Shown here: positions 31,001-40,335 of the stretch, in pieces | Numbering within the stretch: position 1 is the stretch's first letter | How the letters are laid out: each line of letters begins with the position of its first letter | Origin: Coprothermobacterota bacterium | GTDB taxonomy: Bacteria; Coprothermobacterota; HKB111 | Length of the DNA: 61,578 nt | Reading direction: 5' to 3' | Assembly: GCA_037440465.1 (NCBI GenBank) | Contig: JBBIUB010000009.1 | Coordinates: forward strand, 1 to 61,578 | Notes under the pieces: generated by a model | What the model was told of the DNA's origin: nothing | Seen by the model: only the letters and a program-made list of their open reading frames with translations | The model's database searches: none | Made by a program: the position numbers and the translations under genes

Positions 31001-31408
31001 TTAAACCATAGAACAGATAGGTGGAAGTTTTTTATCGGTATGGCTCACTCTAACATAGCGGAGCATATGATTCAGTACAGCAATAGCCTGAACTGCCAGG
31101 TCTTCACCCTTCATTAATTTCAGCCTGTCACCACTAAAAAGAACCTGAAGAGAAGCTCCAAATTCATCATCAGGATGGGAGTATAGATAAAATATTTTTA
31201 TTCCTGGAAAGAGCTCTTTCTCTATCACCCAGTCACATCTCAAACCCGGATTGACAACCCTTTTACCACCAATAAACTCAGCAAGCTGATCAACATCAAT
31301 AACATGAGCCAGGGCATCTACTCTCTCAGCAACACTTCTTTTGAGATAACTATCGTGGGTACCTCCAACACCTTCTATTTCTCTTAAGGAAAAATATTTA
31401 CTCTCCAT
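31001..31408 (-). CDS. DUF3786-like protein
   Basis: LFPGI...DDEFGAS..VLF..GED pattern; lies in an acetyl-CoA-pathway context. Confidence 0.6.
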   Translation of the reverse strand: MESKYFSLREIEGVGGTHDSYLKRSVAERVDALAHVIDVDQLAEFIGGKRVVNPGLRCDWVIEKELFPGIKIFYLYSHPDDEFGASLQVLFSGDRLKLMKGEDLAVQAIAVLNHMLRYVRVSHTDKKLPPICSMV

Positions 31409-32062
31409 TTACCTATCCTCTTTATCCTTTCTTTCAAAAAATGCACCTACGGGACATATATCCACACATTTAAGACAAGCAGTGCAACCCACTTCCATTA
31501 AAGGCATCTCGTTAAAAGTGGTAATTCGGCTATTCAAGCCATAATATGAAAATGTTAAAAAACCCGGGCATATAGTTAAACATTTCCCACACCTGATACA
31601 TTTATTAGGGTTGTAACCCACTTCAGGATGGGATAAATCTATTGGGAAATTCGTCTCAATCTTTTTAAATCTTTTTACTTTTACCTTAACTTTTAAAAAA
31701 GCTGCTAACTTTAGTAAAACACACTTCTTTATAGCAGGACAGTTAGCACAGTCTATCTGGTGATCAGAAAGAATAAGCTCTAAAGCAGTCCTCCTGAGCC
31801 TATCTATCTTATCACTTCTGGTTGTAACCTGAAGCCCATTTCTTACGGGTTCAGAGCAGGCAGCTACTACTGTCTTACCTTTTTTACTTTCAACTTCTAC
31901 CAAGCAAAGTCTACAACCACCAAAAGGAATCTTTACTTCCCTGATAGCACAGATGTGGGGAATGTATATTCCTTCATCCACAGCTACCCAGAGGATTTTG
32001 TCCCCTTTCTTGGCTTTAATTTCTTTGCCATCTATATTAATGGTGACTTCTTCGGGTGTCAT
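31409..32062 (-). CDS. 2Fe-2S/4Fe-4S electron-transfer subunit (NuoG/HydA N-terminal-like)
   Basis: IPHIC, GGCRLCLVE, H..DC..C, CIRCGKC, CTACLKCVDICP; no catalytic domain. Confidence 0.85.
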   Translation of the reverse strand: MTPEEVTINIDGKEIKAKKGDKILWVAVDEGIYIPHICAIREVKIPFGGCRLCLVEVESKKGKTVVAACSEPVRNGLQVTTRSDKIDRLRRTALELILSDHQIDCANCPAIKKCVLLKLAAFLKVKVKVKRFKKIETNFPIDLSHPEVGYNPNKCIRCGKCLTICPGFLTFSYYGLNSRITTFNEMPLMEVGCTACLKCVDICPVGAFFERKDKEDR

Positions 32063-32309
32063 CTTAATCTTGTTATTTTATCACGACCACAATCATTATT
32101 CACACTAATTGGCTCATTAATAGTAACGATCAAAAGTGAACTGTTTTTCAGCATCTTCACCCTTTCTGTAATTTTTATTTTATCATTTTCCTTTCAATCT
32201 TAATTTTACCCTTTACTCTGTTCACTCCTACCATCCCGAAACACTTACCCTCTCCTTATTCTTACCTTTCCTCCTGCTTCCTTCCCCAGGGGAGGAGAGT
32301 ATATTCGGT

Positions 32310-32350
32310 GGAGGGTAGAGCCTGCCCCATATTCGATAGGGGGTGGGGGG
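32310..32350 (-). repeat. Partial third copy of the 140-bp element
   Basis: GGAGGGTAGAGCCTGCCCC.TA.TCGATA.GG.GGTGGGGGG matches 30943-30985. Confidence 0.8.
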
Positions 32351-32399
32351 CCTGACTCCCGACTTTTGTTATAATAATAAACATTAAACAAAAGGACGA

Positions 32400-32978
32400 T
32401 TGGCAATTAAACACATGAACCTCTTAACTATTATGCTTATAGCACTCAGCCTGGCAATGGATGCCTTTGCGGTATCCATAAGTAGTGGTGTATCCATCAA
32501 AAAACAAAGATTCAACCACGCATTGAGGATTGCTCTATTTTTTGGGGCCTTTCAGGCAATTATGCCCCTTATTGGATGGTTAACAGGATTAAAGTTAAAG
32601 GATTTTATCTCTGGTTTTGATCACTGGGTAGCTTTTGGACTTCTATTCTTTATTGGTCTTAAGATGATTTATGAATCCACAAAGTTAGAGGTTGAAAAGA
32701 AAGACGGTCCGCCAAGTATTTATCTCTTACTGCTTTTATCTATAGCCACCAGTATTGACGCCTTAGCAATTGGTTTTAGCTTCGCTCTACTGGAAGTCTC
32801 AATCATAACTCCTATCTTAATAATTGGAACTATCACATTTATACTTTCTTTCCTCGGGGTTTTAGTAGGCAATAAAATAGGTCATCTATTTGAAAGTAAA
32901 ATGGAATTTATAGGTGGACTCGTTATTATCTTTATAGGGTTTAAAATCTTAATAGAACATTTAGCAGGCTATCTATAG
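32400..32978 (+). CDS. mntP: Manganese efflux pump
   Basis: LAMDAFAVS, FQAIMP, DHW, ATSIDALA. Confidence 0.9.
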   Translation: MAIKHMNLLTIMLIALSLAMDAFAVSISSGVSIKKQRFNHALRIALFFGAFQAIMPLIGWLTGLKLKDFISGFDHWVAFGLLFFIGLKMIYESTKLEVEKKDGPPSIYLLLLLSIATSIDALAIGFSFALLEVSIITPILIIGTITFILSFLGVLVGNKIGHLFESKMEFIGGLVIIFIGFKILIEHLAGYL

Positions 32979-33049
32979 ACTTTTTTTAAAAACTCAATTT
33001 GTCATCCTGCCCCTTATCAAACTCAGGGTATTTCAGTTTCTCTATTCAT

Positions 33050-33204
33050 GTCATCCTGAATTTATTTCAGGATCTAGCTTTTCAATTTTTCAGCATTTCG
33101 TGATTTTTATTCATGACTCTTAAATATGAGGCCCTGAACCAATCCTAAAACAAAACTGAATCAAGTTCAGCACATGGCTCAGGACATGGTTCATTCATGG
33201 TGAC
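33050..33204. repeat. REP doublet: simple copy (33050-33075) plus inverted nested copy (33128-33204)
   Basis: GTCATCCTGAATTTATTTCAGGATCT; 33128-33204 resembles the reverse complement of 15990-16066. Confidence 0.85.
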
Positions 33205-33333
33205 AAAATGAGTGTAATGCTGACCAGTATAAAGTACAAAGATTGAACCCACTTTAACAACTAAATAGGAGAAGAGCCCAATTTTTATGGTATCATATTT
33301 AAGATTCAAACTTAATAAGCGGAGGATACAAAG

Positions 33334-34938
33334 ATACGATTTACCAAGTTAATATTTATCCTTCTAACTTCTACGCTTCTACTTATCTCTTTTTATTTAT
33401 TCAGCAGGCCTGATTATACAGGTGTATTTTTTCGCCTAGATGGTCTTGGTAAGTTTATAGCTTTATTTCTTTCCTTTTACACTTTCCTCATAACTCTCTA
33501 CTCCATAAACGATGATGAATTTAAACCCGTTCACTATCTATACTTCCTCGGCTGTCAGTTAGCCGGGGTCTTCGGAGTATTAACCAACCATCTCCTTGGG
33601 GTTGTTCTCTCCATGGCTATCCTTACCATATTTCTATCCCTCCTTATAAACCTCAGAAAAGATGCTGAAAGCTCTGCCATGGCTAAAAAAACTTTTATCA
33701 TCCTGGGAATTGGTGATGCTCTCTTCACCCTGGGGCTGGGGGGCGTATGGCTGATGGCCAGCACTTTCAGGATGGACCTGATTCAAATTCCTGTATCCTA
33801 TTACTCGGATTTTTTAACCCTTCTCTCCTTTTTCGCTCTTCTGAGCGTGAGCCTGGCTAAGGCAGGGGTGCTGCCTTTCCATAGTTGGATTCCTTCCATG
33901 ACCAGGGTTTCTTCGCCATCATTAATGGCTCTCTTACCAGCCAGCATTGATAAACTGGTAGGAATTTACCTTTTTACCAGAATAGTTACTGAAATATTTA
34001 CCGTGAGTCCTACTATAAGGGTTCTCCTAATGACCCTGGGCATTGCAACCATTCTATATGGAGTGGTTATGGCTATGCTCCAGTATAATGCTTCTGAACT
34101 ACTGGCTTATCACACCATTAGCCAGGCTGGCTACATGGTCCTGGGAATTAGCTCGGGTACGGTAATTGGTATAGCAGGAGGGCTTTTCCACATGCTCAAC
34201 AACACTATATATAAGACAAACCTTTTTCTGACTGTTGGTTCCATACTAAAGAAAGGCGCTTCCAATTATCTGGATTTAAGAAACTCAGGAGGTCTTACCA
34301 GATTTATGCCCATAGTTTTTGTAACGACACTTATTAGCGCCTTCTCCATTTCAGGCATCCAGCCCTTTAACGGCTTTGTTTCCAAAGAGATGGTCTATAT
34401 GGGGATTAGTAGCAATATCCTCCCCTTTTTTGCTGTTTTAGGTTCCTCCTTTACCCTGGCTTCCTTTATTAAATTTACCTACGGAATATTTTTGAAAACT
34501 CCTGGGAAGAATCATCCTTATAATAAAATGTATCTTACGCGCTATCTACCCTGGAATATGTTATTACCACAGCTCATATTAGCTATTCTTTGCATAATAT
34601 TCGGTATCTGGGCTTCCAATATTCCTCTAAAATACCTCATCTTCCCCTCTATGAGCCACCTTTCAACTGAAGGATTTACGGTTCCTTCTTTTTTTAAACT
34701 CTCAATTCTGAAAGCAGGAGAGTTAATTATTGGAGTTTTAACAGGTTTTTATCTCTGCCTCCCTCTTAGTAAGAAAGGTTTCACCCTAAAGAAAGACACC
34801 TTAGATACTTACGAGTATGGAAAAACCTTTACCTTGTATTTAGGAAGGAACTTTGCCCGTCTTCAGAATGGTTCCCTTCCCTTTTACCTACAGTTGGTTT
34901 TCTTGACTTTACTCATCCTTCTTCTGGTGTTTAAGTGA
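33334..34938 (+). CDS. Mrp antiporter A/D-like (NuoL/M family) subunit; probable ATA start
   Basis: Frame open from 33319; GGAGG 8 nt before ATA 33334; the extension has TM helices and FRLDGLG; KAG..PFHSW, LAYHTISQ.GY, PFNGFVSK. Confidence 0.75.
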   Translation: MRFTKLIFILLTSTLLLISFYLFSRPDYTGVFFRLDGLGKFIALFLSFYTFLITLYSINDDEFKPVHYLYFLGCQLAGVFGVLTNHLLGVVLSMAILTIFLSLLINLRKDAESSAMAKKTFIILGIGDALFTLGLGGVWLMASTFRMDLIQIPVSYYSDFLTLLSFFALLSVSLAKAGVLPFHSWIPSMTRVSSPSLMALLPASIDKLVGIYLFTRIVTEIFTVSPTIRVLLMTLGIATILYGVVMAMLQYNASELLAYHTISQAGYMVLGISSGTVIGIAGGLFHMLNNTIYKTNLFLTVGSILKKGASNYLDLRNSGGLTRFMPIVFVTTLISAFSISGIQPFNGFVSKEMVYMGISSNILPFFAVLGSSFTLASFIKFTYGIFLKTPGKNHPYNKMYLTRYLPWNMLLPQLILAILCIIFGIWASNIPLKYLIFPSMSHLSTEGFTVPSFFKLSILKAGELIIGVLTGFYLCLPLSKKGFTLKKDTLDTYEYGKTFTLYLGRNFARLQNGSLPFYLQLVFLTLLILLLVFK

Positions 34939-35468
34939 TTGAAGGCTACCTAATCCTTCTTATTTGCATCATCCTCATCGGTGGAATCGTCTCCCTGGAG
35001 AGTAAGAGCCTTATTACCTCCGTTATCTCTCTGGGTATCGCAGGCTATGGTTTAAGCCTGGTTTTTCTTCTTTTGAATGCTCCTGATTTAGCTATTGTCC
35101 AGGCAATTGTAGAGTCTTTGACCCTGGCAGTTTTCTTCTTTACTATCTTAAAATCCAGCAACAGCGATGTTAGGGTGAATTTCAACTTTAAAAAGGTATT
35201 CCATTACATCTTCCTCACTGTTCTCGCAATGGTTTTTACCTGGAGACTCCTACCTGTTTTGATTGACCTACCACCCTTTGGTTACCCAATAATGCGAATG
35301 TCAGGAAACTATCTGGATAGCCTCACTAAAACTGGAGCCAGCAACATAGTATCAGGCATCCTCTTTGATTTCCGGGGCTTTGACACCCTGGGTGAGATTA
35401 CCATTATTTTTAGTGCCATAGTAGGTATTATGCTTCTTATGAGGGAAAATAATGACAATCATAGTTAA
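34935..35468 (+). CDS. Mrp subunit equivalent to the MrpA C-terminal part
   Basis: APDLAIVQ; NIVSGILFDFRGFDTLGE. Confidence 0.85.
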   Translation: MIEGYLILLICIILIGGIVSLESKSLITSVISLGIAGYGLSLVFLLLNAPDLAIVQAIVESLTLAVFFFTILKSSNSDVRVNFNFKKVFHYIFLTVLAMVFTWRLLPVLIDLPPFGYPIMRMSGNYLDSLTKTGASNIVSGILFDFRGFDTLGEITIIFSAIVGIMLLMRENNDNHS

Positions 35469-35850
35469 AGTCATTACCAGTATTGTAAGTGGATTCATCT
35501 TCGTATATGGATTTTACCTCGCCCTTCACGGACACTTGACCCCGGGAGGTGGTTTCAGTGGTGGAGTCATCATTGCTGGCGTGATAATCCTAAATCTCCT
35601 GGTTTTTAATTATAGACCTAATAAAAAGAAAATACATCTCATAGAGTTGATTTCCTTTCTCCTCATTGTATTATTAGCTATGATTCCTCTTATTATTGGC
35701 AAGAGTTTTATGGTTAACTTCCTTCCCAAAGGTAGGGAGTTTACCCTTTTAAGCTCGGGGACAATTATTCTTTTTAATCTCCTGGTCATGGGTAAGGTTC
35801 TGTCCGGTCTTGCTGGTATGTTCATAGAATTCTTTGAGGAAGAAGGATGA
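35452..35850 (+). CDS. mrpB: Mrp antiporter subunit B
   Basis: GHLTPGGGFSGG. Confidence 0.88.
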   Translation: MTIIVKVITSIVSGFIFVYGFYLALHGHLTPGGGFSGGVIIAGVIILNLLVFNYRPNKKKIHLIELISFLLIVLLAMIPLIIGKSFMVNFLPKGREFTLLSSGTIILFNLLVMGKVLSGLAGMFIEFFEEEG

Positions 35851-35859
35851 AATGACACA

Positions 35860-35885
35860 CTCGAATCCTCGAATCCTCGAATCCT
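35860..35885 (+). repeat. Octamer tandem repeat (CTCGAATC)x3
   Basis: Three exact consecutive copies between mrpB and mrpC. Confidence 0.9.
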
Positions 35886-35892
35886 TCTTAAT

Positions 35893-36234
35893 ATGTTAAT
35901 ATATTTTCTCTCTATTCTACTATTTCTGGTGGGTATGTATGGTATTCTTACCAAAAGGAATATCATCAAAACTATCATAAGCGTGACTCTGATTGAATAT
36001 TCCATCTTTCTCCTCTTCATTGTCAAGGGTTATCAAAAGGATGGCCTTCCTCCAATCATAACCCCGGATGGACAATTTAATATCATATTTGTTGACCCGC
36101 TGGTACAGGCTATGGTGATAACAGCCATAGTAATAGGCTTTGCCACTACCCTCATACTCTTATCCTTCGCTGTCAGAATCTATAAAAAGTTCCAGACCCT
36201 GGACCTGGAAGAGTTGAAAACTCTAAAAGAGTGA
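35893..36234 (+). CDS. mrpC: Mrp antiporter subunit C
   Basis: NIIK; DPLVQAMVITAIVIGFA. Confidence 0.9.
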   Translation: MLIYFLSILLFLVGMYGILTKRNIIKTIISVTLIEYSIFLLFIVKGYQKDGLPPIITPDGQFNIIFVDPLVQAMVITAIVIGFATTLILLSFAVRIYKKFQTLDLEELKTLKE

Positions 36235-37712
36235 TGTTGGCATTATTAATAGCTATTCCCCTTTTTAGCGCAATACTGGTTTCTTTAATCGGGTTATTCA
36301 GTAGAAGATTCTTTGAACCACTGGCCATCCTTACTTCCTTCTTAACCACCATGCTCTCCTTATTTACTATGGGTAAATTCCTTCAGCAAGGAATTCTGGT
36401 ATATAGATTAGGAGGCTGGCAGGATATAGGGGGTATTCCAGTAGCCATCTTCCTCGTCCTGGATGGGTTGAGCGCCTTTCTCCTTCCTCTCATTAACCTA
36501 ATCTTTTTTTGTTCCATCCTTTTTTCAGTAAGGTACATAACAGAAGTTAACCAAAAACCCAAATATTACACTATGCTTCTTCTAATTCTTAACGGGTTAA
36601 ACGGGGTAGTCCTTACAGGAGACATATTCAATCTCTTTATATTCCTCGAGCTGGCAGCTATATCTTCTTACAGTCTCCTGGCTTTTAAGCTGGGCAAGGA
36701 AGAACTGGAAGCTTCCTTCAAATACCTGATCTTTGGCCGCATTGGTTCTGCCTTTATACTTTTAGGGATAATCTTTCTCTACTTTTCTACTGGTACCCTT
36801 AATATGGCAGACATAGCACGACAGAGCATCCCCCCAGCCATTACCAGCAAAGTAGCTGTGCTTTTTCTACTGGGCTTCGGTATTGAAGCAGGCCTTTTTC
36901 CCCTTCACATGTGGCTACCTGATGCCCACCAGAATGCCCCTGCACCTATTAGCGCTATCTTTTCTGGCATACTGATTAAAATCCTGGGTCTCTACTCCAT
37001 GATCCGCCTCTTCTACAATGTTCTTGGTGTGACAGATACTGCCTCTAACCTTCTGTTAATCATTGGTAATCTCTCCATGTTCTTTGCGGTTATGGTAGCT
37101 CTTTATCAATGGGATTTTAAAAGGTTGCTGGCTTATCATACAATAAGCCAGGTAGGATATATTGTAGTTGGCCTGGGACTGAATACACCCCTAAGTATAT
37201 TCGGTGGGTTATTCCACCTTTTAAACCATAGCCTATTTAAGTCTCTACTTTTCTTAAACTCCGGAGCTATAGAGCACTCTACCGGTACACGAGACTTGAG
37301 AAAACTTGGCAATCTGAGAGAAAGTATGCCTTTCACTTATCTAACCAACCTGGTAGGATCTTTTTCCATCTCCGGAATTCCTCCTTTTAATGGCTTCTGG
37401 TCTAAACTGGTAATAATCATCGCTGCCCTGCAGGCAGGAGAGACGCTGACTGCTTTGAATGCCACCCTGGTAAGCATTCTCACTTTAGCCAGCTTTCTCA
37501 AGGTATTAAAATATGCCTTCTGGGGTGAGTCTGGAGAGTTAAAAAACTCCAGGGAGGTGTTTCCTTCAATGTACACTCCCATGTTTATTCTTGCTCTCCT
37601 ATGCCTTTTGAGTTCTCTTCTGATATTTGATGGGTTACGAAGTTCTGTTATGGTGATATTAGAAGAAACTATTTTAATAGGAAAGGCTTGGGCCCTCAAG
37701 ATACTACCATGA
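36231..37712 (+). CDS. mrpD: Mrp antiporter subunit D
   Basis: TGDIFNLFIFLE, EASFKY, PLHMWLPDAH, KRLLAYHT, PPFNGFWSK. Confidence 0.9.
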   Translation: MMLALLIAIPLFSAILVSLIGLFSRRFFEPLAILTSFLTTMLSLFTMGKFLQQGILVYRLGGWQDIGGIPVAIFLVLDGLSAFLLPLINLIFFCSILFSVRYITEVNQKPKYYTMLLLILNGLNGVVLTGDIFNLFIFLELAAISSYSLLAFKLGKEELEASFKYLIFGRIGSAFILLGIIFLYFSTGTLNMADIARQSIPPAITSKVAVLFLLGFGIEAGLFPLHMWLPDAHQNAPAPISAIFSGILIKILGLYSMIRLFYNVLGVTDTASNLLLIIGNLSMFFAVMVALYQWDFKRLLAYHTISQVGYIVVGLGLNTPLSIFGGLFHLLNHSLFKSLLFLNSGAIEHSTGTRDLRKLGNLRESMPFTYLTNLVGSFSISGIPPFNGFWSKLVIIIAALQAGETLTALNATLVSILTLASFLKVLKYAFWGESGELKNSREVFPSMYTPMFILALLCLLSSLLIFDGLRSSVMVILEETILIGKAWALKILP

Positions 37713-37725
37713 GGTTCCCTTTATC

Positions 37726-38208
37726 ATGAAGGTTCTCACCTCCACTACCATCTTCTTCGCCTTCTGGTTTCTATTAACCCGTCAGTTCAGCCTGGAATAT
37801 GTAGTAATTGGTTTGATGGTTTCCCTCCTTGGGAGTTACTTCTATGGTTATACCTTTAATTATTCCCACAAATTTCTTGAGATAAAAAGGTATCTTCTGG
37901 CTATTTATTACCTTTTGTTTTTATTGAAGGAGTGCGCTCTGGCTTGCATTAAAGTCGGTCTAATTATTCTAAAACCCAAAGTAATACTCCTGCCAGGAGT
38001 GGTAAAATTAAAGACTAAGTTGCAGAGTAACCTTACCCGGGTTATCCTGGCTAACTCCATCACTCTTACCCCTGGTACTCTTACCGTCCACCTGAAAGGA
38101 GAAGACCTGTACATCCACAAATTACATCTCGAAACAATGAATAAAGAAGAATTGAGAGAGTCGATCCTTGGCAAATTTGAGAGGATCCTAATTGAGGTAT
38201 TTGAATGA
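37726..38208 (+). CDS. mrpE: Mrp antiporter subunit E
   Basis: LANSITLTPGTL. Confidence 0.9.
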   Translation: MKVLTSTTIFFAFWFLLTRQFSLEYVVIGLMVSLLGSYFYGYTFNYSHKFLEIKRYLLAIYYLLFLLKECALACIKVGLIILKPKVILLPGVVKLKTKLQSNLTRVILANSITLTPGTLTVHLKGEDLYIHKLHLETMNKEELRESILGKFERILIEVFE

Positions 38209-38471
38209 TGAACTACATCTTTATTTTGACAGGGTTATTTTTTCTCTTAATTCTCCGAGTAATTAAAGGACCTTCTGTGAGCGATACTATGTTAGCAGTG
38301 GAGGTTATGGGAAATTTAGCTATCTGTATTCTGGGGCTTTTTGCCCTTTACAAAGGCTACGGTTTTCTTATGGATGTTGTTTTGGTCATAGTCCTGGCAA
38401 ATTTTCTGGTGGTAGTAGGTTTCGGTAAATATTTAGAACTGAAGAATGGTAAGGACCAGAAGAAAGTATGA
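38205..38471 (+). CDS. mrpF: Mrp antiporter subunit F
   Basis: R..KGPS..D motif, three TM helices, position in the operon. Confidence 0.82.
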   Translation: MMNYIFILTGLFFLLILRVIKGPSVSDTMLAVEVMGNLAICILGLFALYKGYGFLMDVVLVIVLANFLVVVGFGKYLELKNGKDQKKV

Positions 38472-38827
38472 TATTAGCTGATATATTCATTATTCTGGGG
38501 GTCATTTTATCTACTCTGGGTTGCCTGGGAGTTGTTAGATTCTTTGACCTCTACACTCGTCTCCACTCTGCTACCTTGGTAGCTACCTGGGGCACCTACA
38601 GCATAATGCTTGGTATTTTTATTAAAAGCGGGCTAAAGGAAATAGGTATTAAGGCTCTTCTGGTTATATTTTTGATGCTCCTTCTCTCCCCCACCACTTC
38701 CCACATAATCGCCAGACTCTCCCATCAATCGGGAATAAAACCTCAAGGAACTGCTCTCGATGAATTGGAAGAGGATACTTTTCAGAACAACAAATTAAGA
38801 AAAGAACCTGAAATCCGTGAAAGATAA
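38468..38827 (+). CDS. mrpG: Mrp antiporter subunit G
   Basis: RFFDLYTRLHSA; P..SH.IAR. Confidence 0.88.
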   Translation: MILADIFIILGVILSTLGCLGVVRFFDLYTRLHSATLVATWGTYSIMLGIFIKSGLKEIGIKALLVIFLMLLLSPTTSHIIARLSHQSGIKPQGTALDELEEDTFQNNKLRKEPEIRER

Positions 38828-39785
38828 AGCATATAATTCTGCTATCCAATGGCTCCTGGAGTCGGAAGACCCCTCTATCAGATATTTCACTCTTACTGAA
38901 TTGCTAGGAGAGGCTGAAGGTACAACAAGAGTACTGGGAGTAAAAGCACAGATTCCGCAAAGCCACCGTTTTCTTGCTCTCCTTACTGGACAGCAATCTG
39001 ATGGCGGTTTCGGTGTTCATCCATATAAAAAATGGTATGGGGCTCACTGGAGACTGGTATCTCTGGTAGAGCTGGGAGTACCTGTCTGTTACTCCCCGGC
39101 TGTAAAAGCCACCGAGCAAGTTCTTCAATGGCTAACAAGTGAAACACATAGAAGTCGTATTAAAGTAATTAACGGATTAACCCGTAGATGCGCCTCTCAA
39201 GAAGGCAACGGACTAGCGGTTTGTAGTCGACTCGGTTTGACTGATAACCCCCGGGTAAAAAGACTTGCCAAAGACCTTATCAAATGGCAGTGGTCCGATG
39301 GTGGCTGGAACTGCGATAAAAAAGAAGATGCCCAACACTCCTCTTTCTACGAGAGCCTTGCTCCCATGTGGGGACTCATAGAATATCACAAGGTAACAGG
39401 TGATGAAGAGGCACTGTTAGCTGCCCAGAGAACAGCAGAATTCTTCTTGAAACACCACCTCTTTCGTTCTGAAAAGACAAATGAGGTCATCAACCCTGAA
39501 TGGCTCAAACTCCATTACCCACTTTACTGGCATTACGATATCCTTCAGGCTTTAAGGATCCTTTCTTATATTGGAAAACTCAGCGCTCCCAGAGCACAGG
39601 AAGCCTTGGACATCATAGAAAAAAAGAGACTCACTGATGGTAGATGGAGAGTTGAAGGATGCTACTGGAAATCTCCGGGAAGTAAAGGTTCAAATACAGA
39701 AGTAGTTGATTGGGGTCGCAGTGGTCCTAACGAAATGATTACCTTAAATGCCCTCCGTGTCCTGAAATCCGCAGGAAGGTTATAA
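38817..39785 (+). CDS. Alpha/alpha-toroid (prenyltransferase-repeat-like) hypothetical protein
   Basis: WLLE..DPSIRY, Q.SDGG, Q..DGGWNC, YP.YWHYDIL. Confidence 0.6.
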   Translation: MKDKAYNSAIQWLLESEDPSIRYFTLTELLGEAEGTTRVLGVKAQIPQSHRFLALLTGQQSDGGFGVHPYKKWYGAHWRLVSLVELGVPVCYSPAVKATEQVLQWLTSETHRSRIKVINGLTRRCASQEGNGLAVCSRLGLTDNPRVKRLAKDLIKWQWSDGGWNCDKKEDAQHSSFYESLAPMWGLIEYHKVTGDEEALLAAQRTAEFFLKHHLFRSEKTNEVINPEWLKLHYPLYWHYDILQALRILSYIGKLSAPRAQEALDIIEKKRLTDGRWRVEGCYWKSPGSKGSNTEVVDWGRSGPNEMITLNALRVLKSAGRL

Positions 39786-39896
39786 TTGGGTACAGGTTAC
39801 TTTTTTTACTTGTTTATAATGAACCAGCTGGTAGATTTAGGTTAGATTTAACATTTTATAAAACAAAAAAAGTAATTTCATCATTAGGAGGTCTTT

Positions 39897-40097
39897 ATGG
39901 AGTGTAAGGAAAGGGAAAATTTAAAAATTTGTAATTGTAGTTATGAACCCTGTTCCAGAAAAGGTATTTGTTGTGAATGCCTGAGGTATCATCTAAAAAA
40001 CAGAGAGCTACCAGCCTGCTGTTTTCCAAAAGATGTAGAAAAAACTTACGACCGCTCCTTTGAAAGGTTTGTATCAATTATAAAAAATGATGGATGA
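39897..40097 (+). CDS. Small Cys-rich protein (DUF6485-like)
   Basis: [17 protein letters not shown]....ELPAC.F; SD AGGAGG. Confidence 0.7.
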   Translation: MECKERENLKICNCSYEPCSRKGICCECLRYHLKNRELPACCFPKDVEKTYDRSFERFVSIIKNDG

Positions 40098-40106
40098 TGA
40101 AAAGAT

Positions 40107-40219
40107 AGATCCTGAAATATATTCAGGATGACAAAGGAGAAGGTGTCGCCTTAAATGAACCACATCCTGAGTCATGTGCTGAACTTGATTCAGCGTTGTT
40201 TCAGGATTGATTCAGAGTC
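40107..40219. repeat. REP doublet: simple copy (40107-40132) plus nested copy (40145-40219)
   Basis: Same architecture and similar spacer as 15955-16066. Confidence 0.85.
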
Positions 40220-40261
40220 GTTTCGGAATCTCCTTATTTAAAACTTAACATGATACAGAAT

Positions 40262-40285
40262 GTATAGATTGTCAAGCCTGACCCC
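40262..40285 (-). repeat. Dispersed copy of the RAYT left-end motif
   Basis: GTATAGATTGTCAAGCCTGACCCC is the exact reverse complement of 5533-5556. Confidence 0.9.
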
Positions 40286-40335
40286 GATTATGTTAAGATT
40301 GTCTAATGGGACGATAGGTAAGCTTGATACCATTA

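Noticed and set aside
32204..32399. Possible yybP-ykoY riboswitch upstream of mntP
   Set aside because: No recognisable aptamer; the G-rich sequence is a partial copy of the 140-bp repeat
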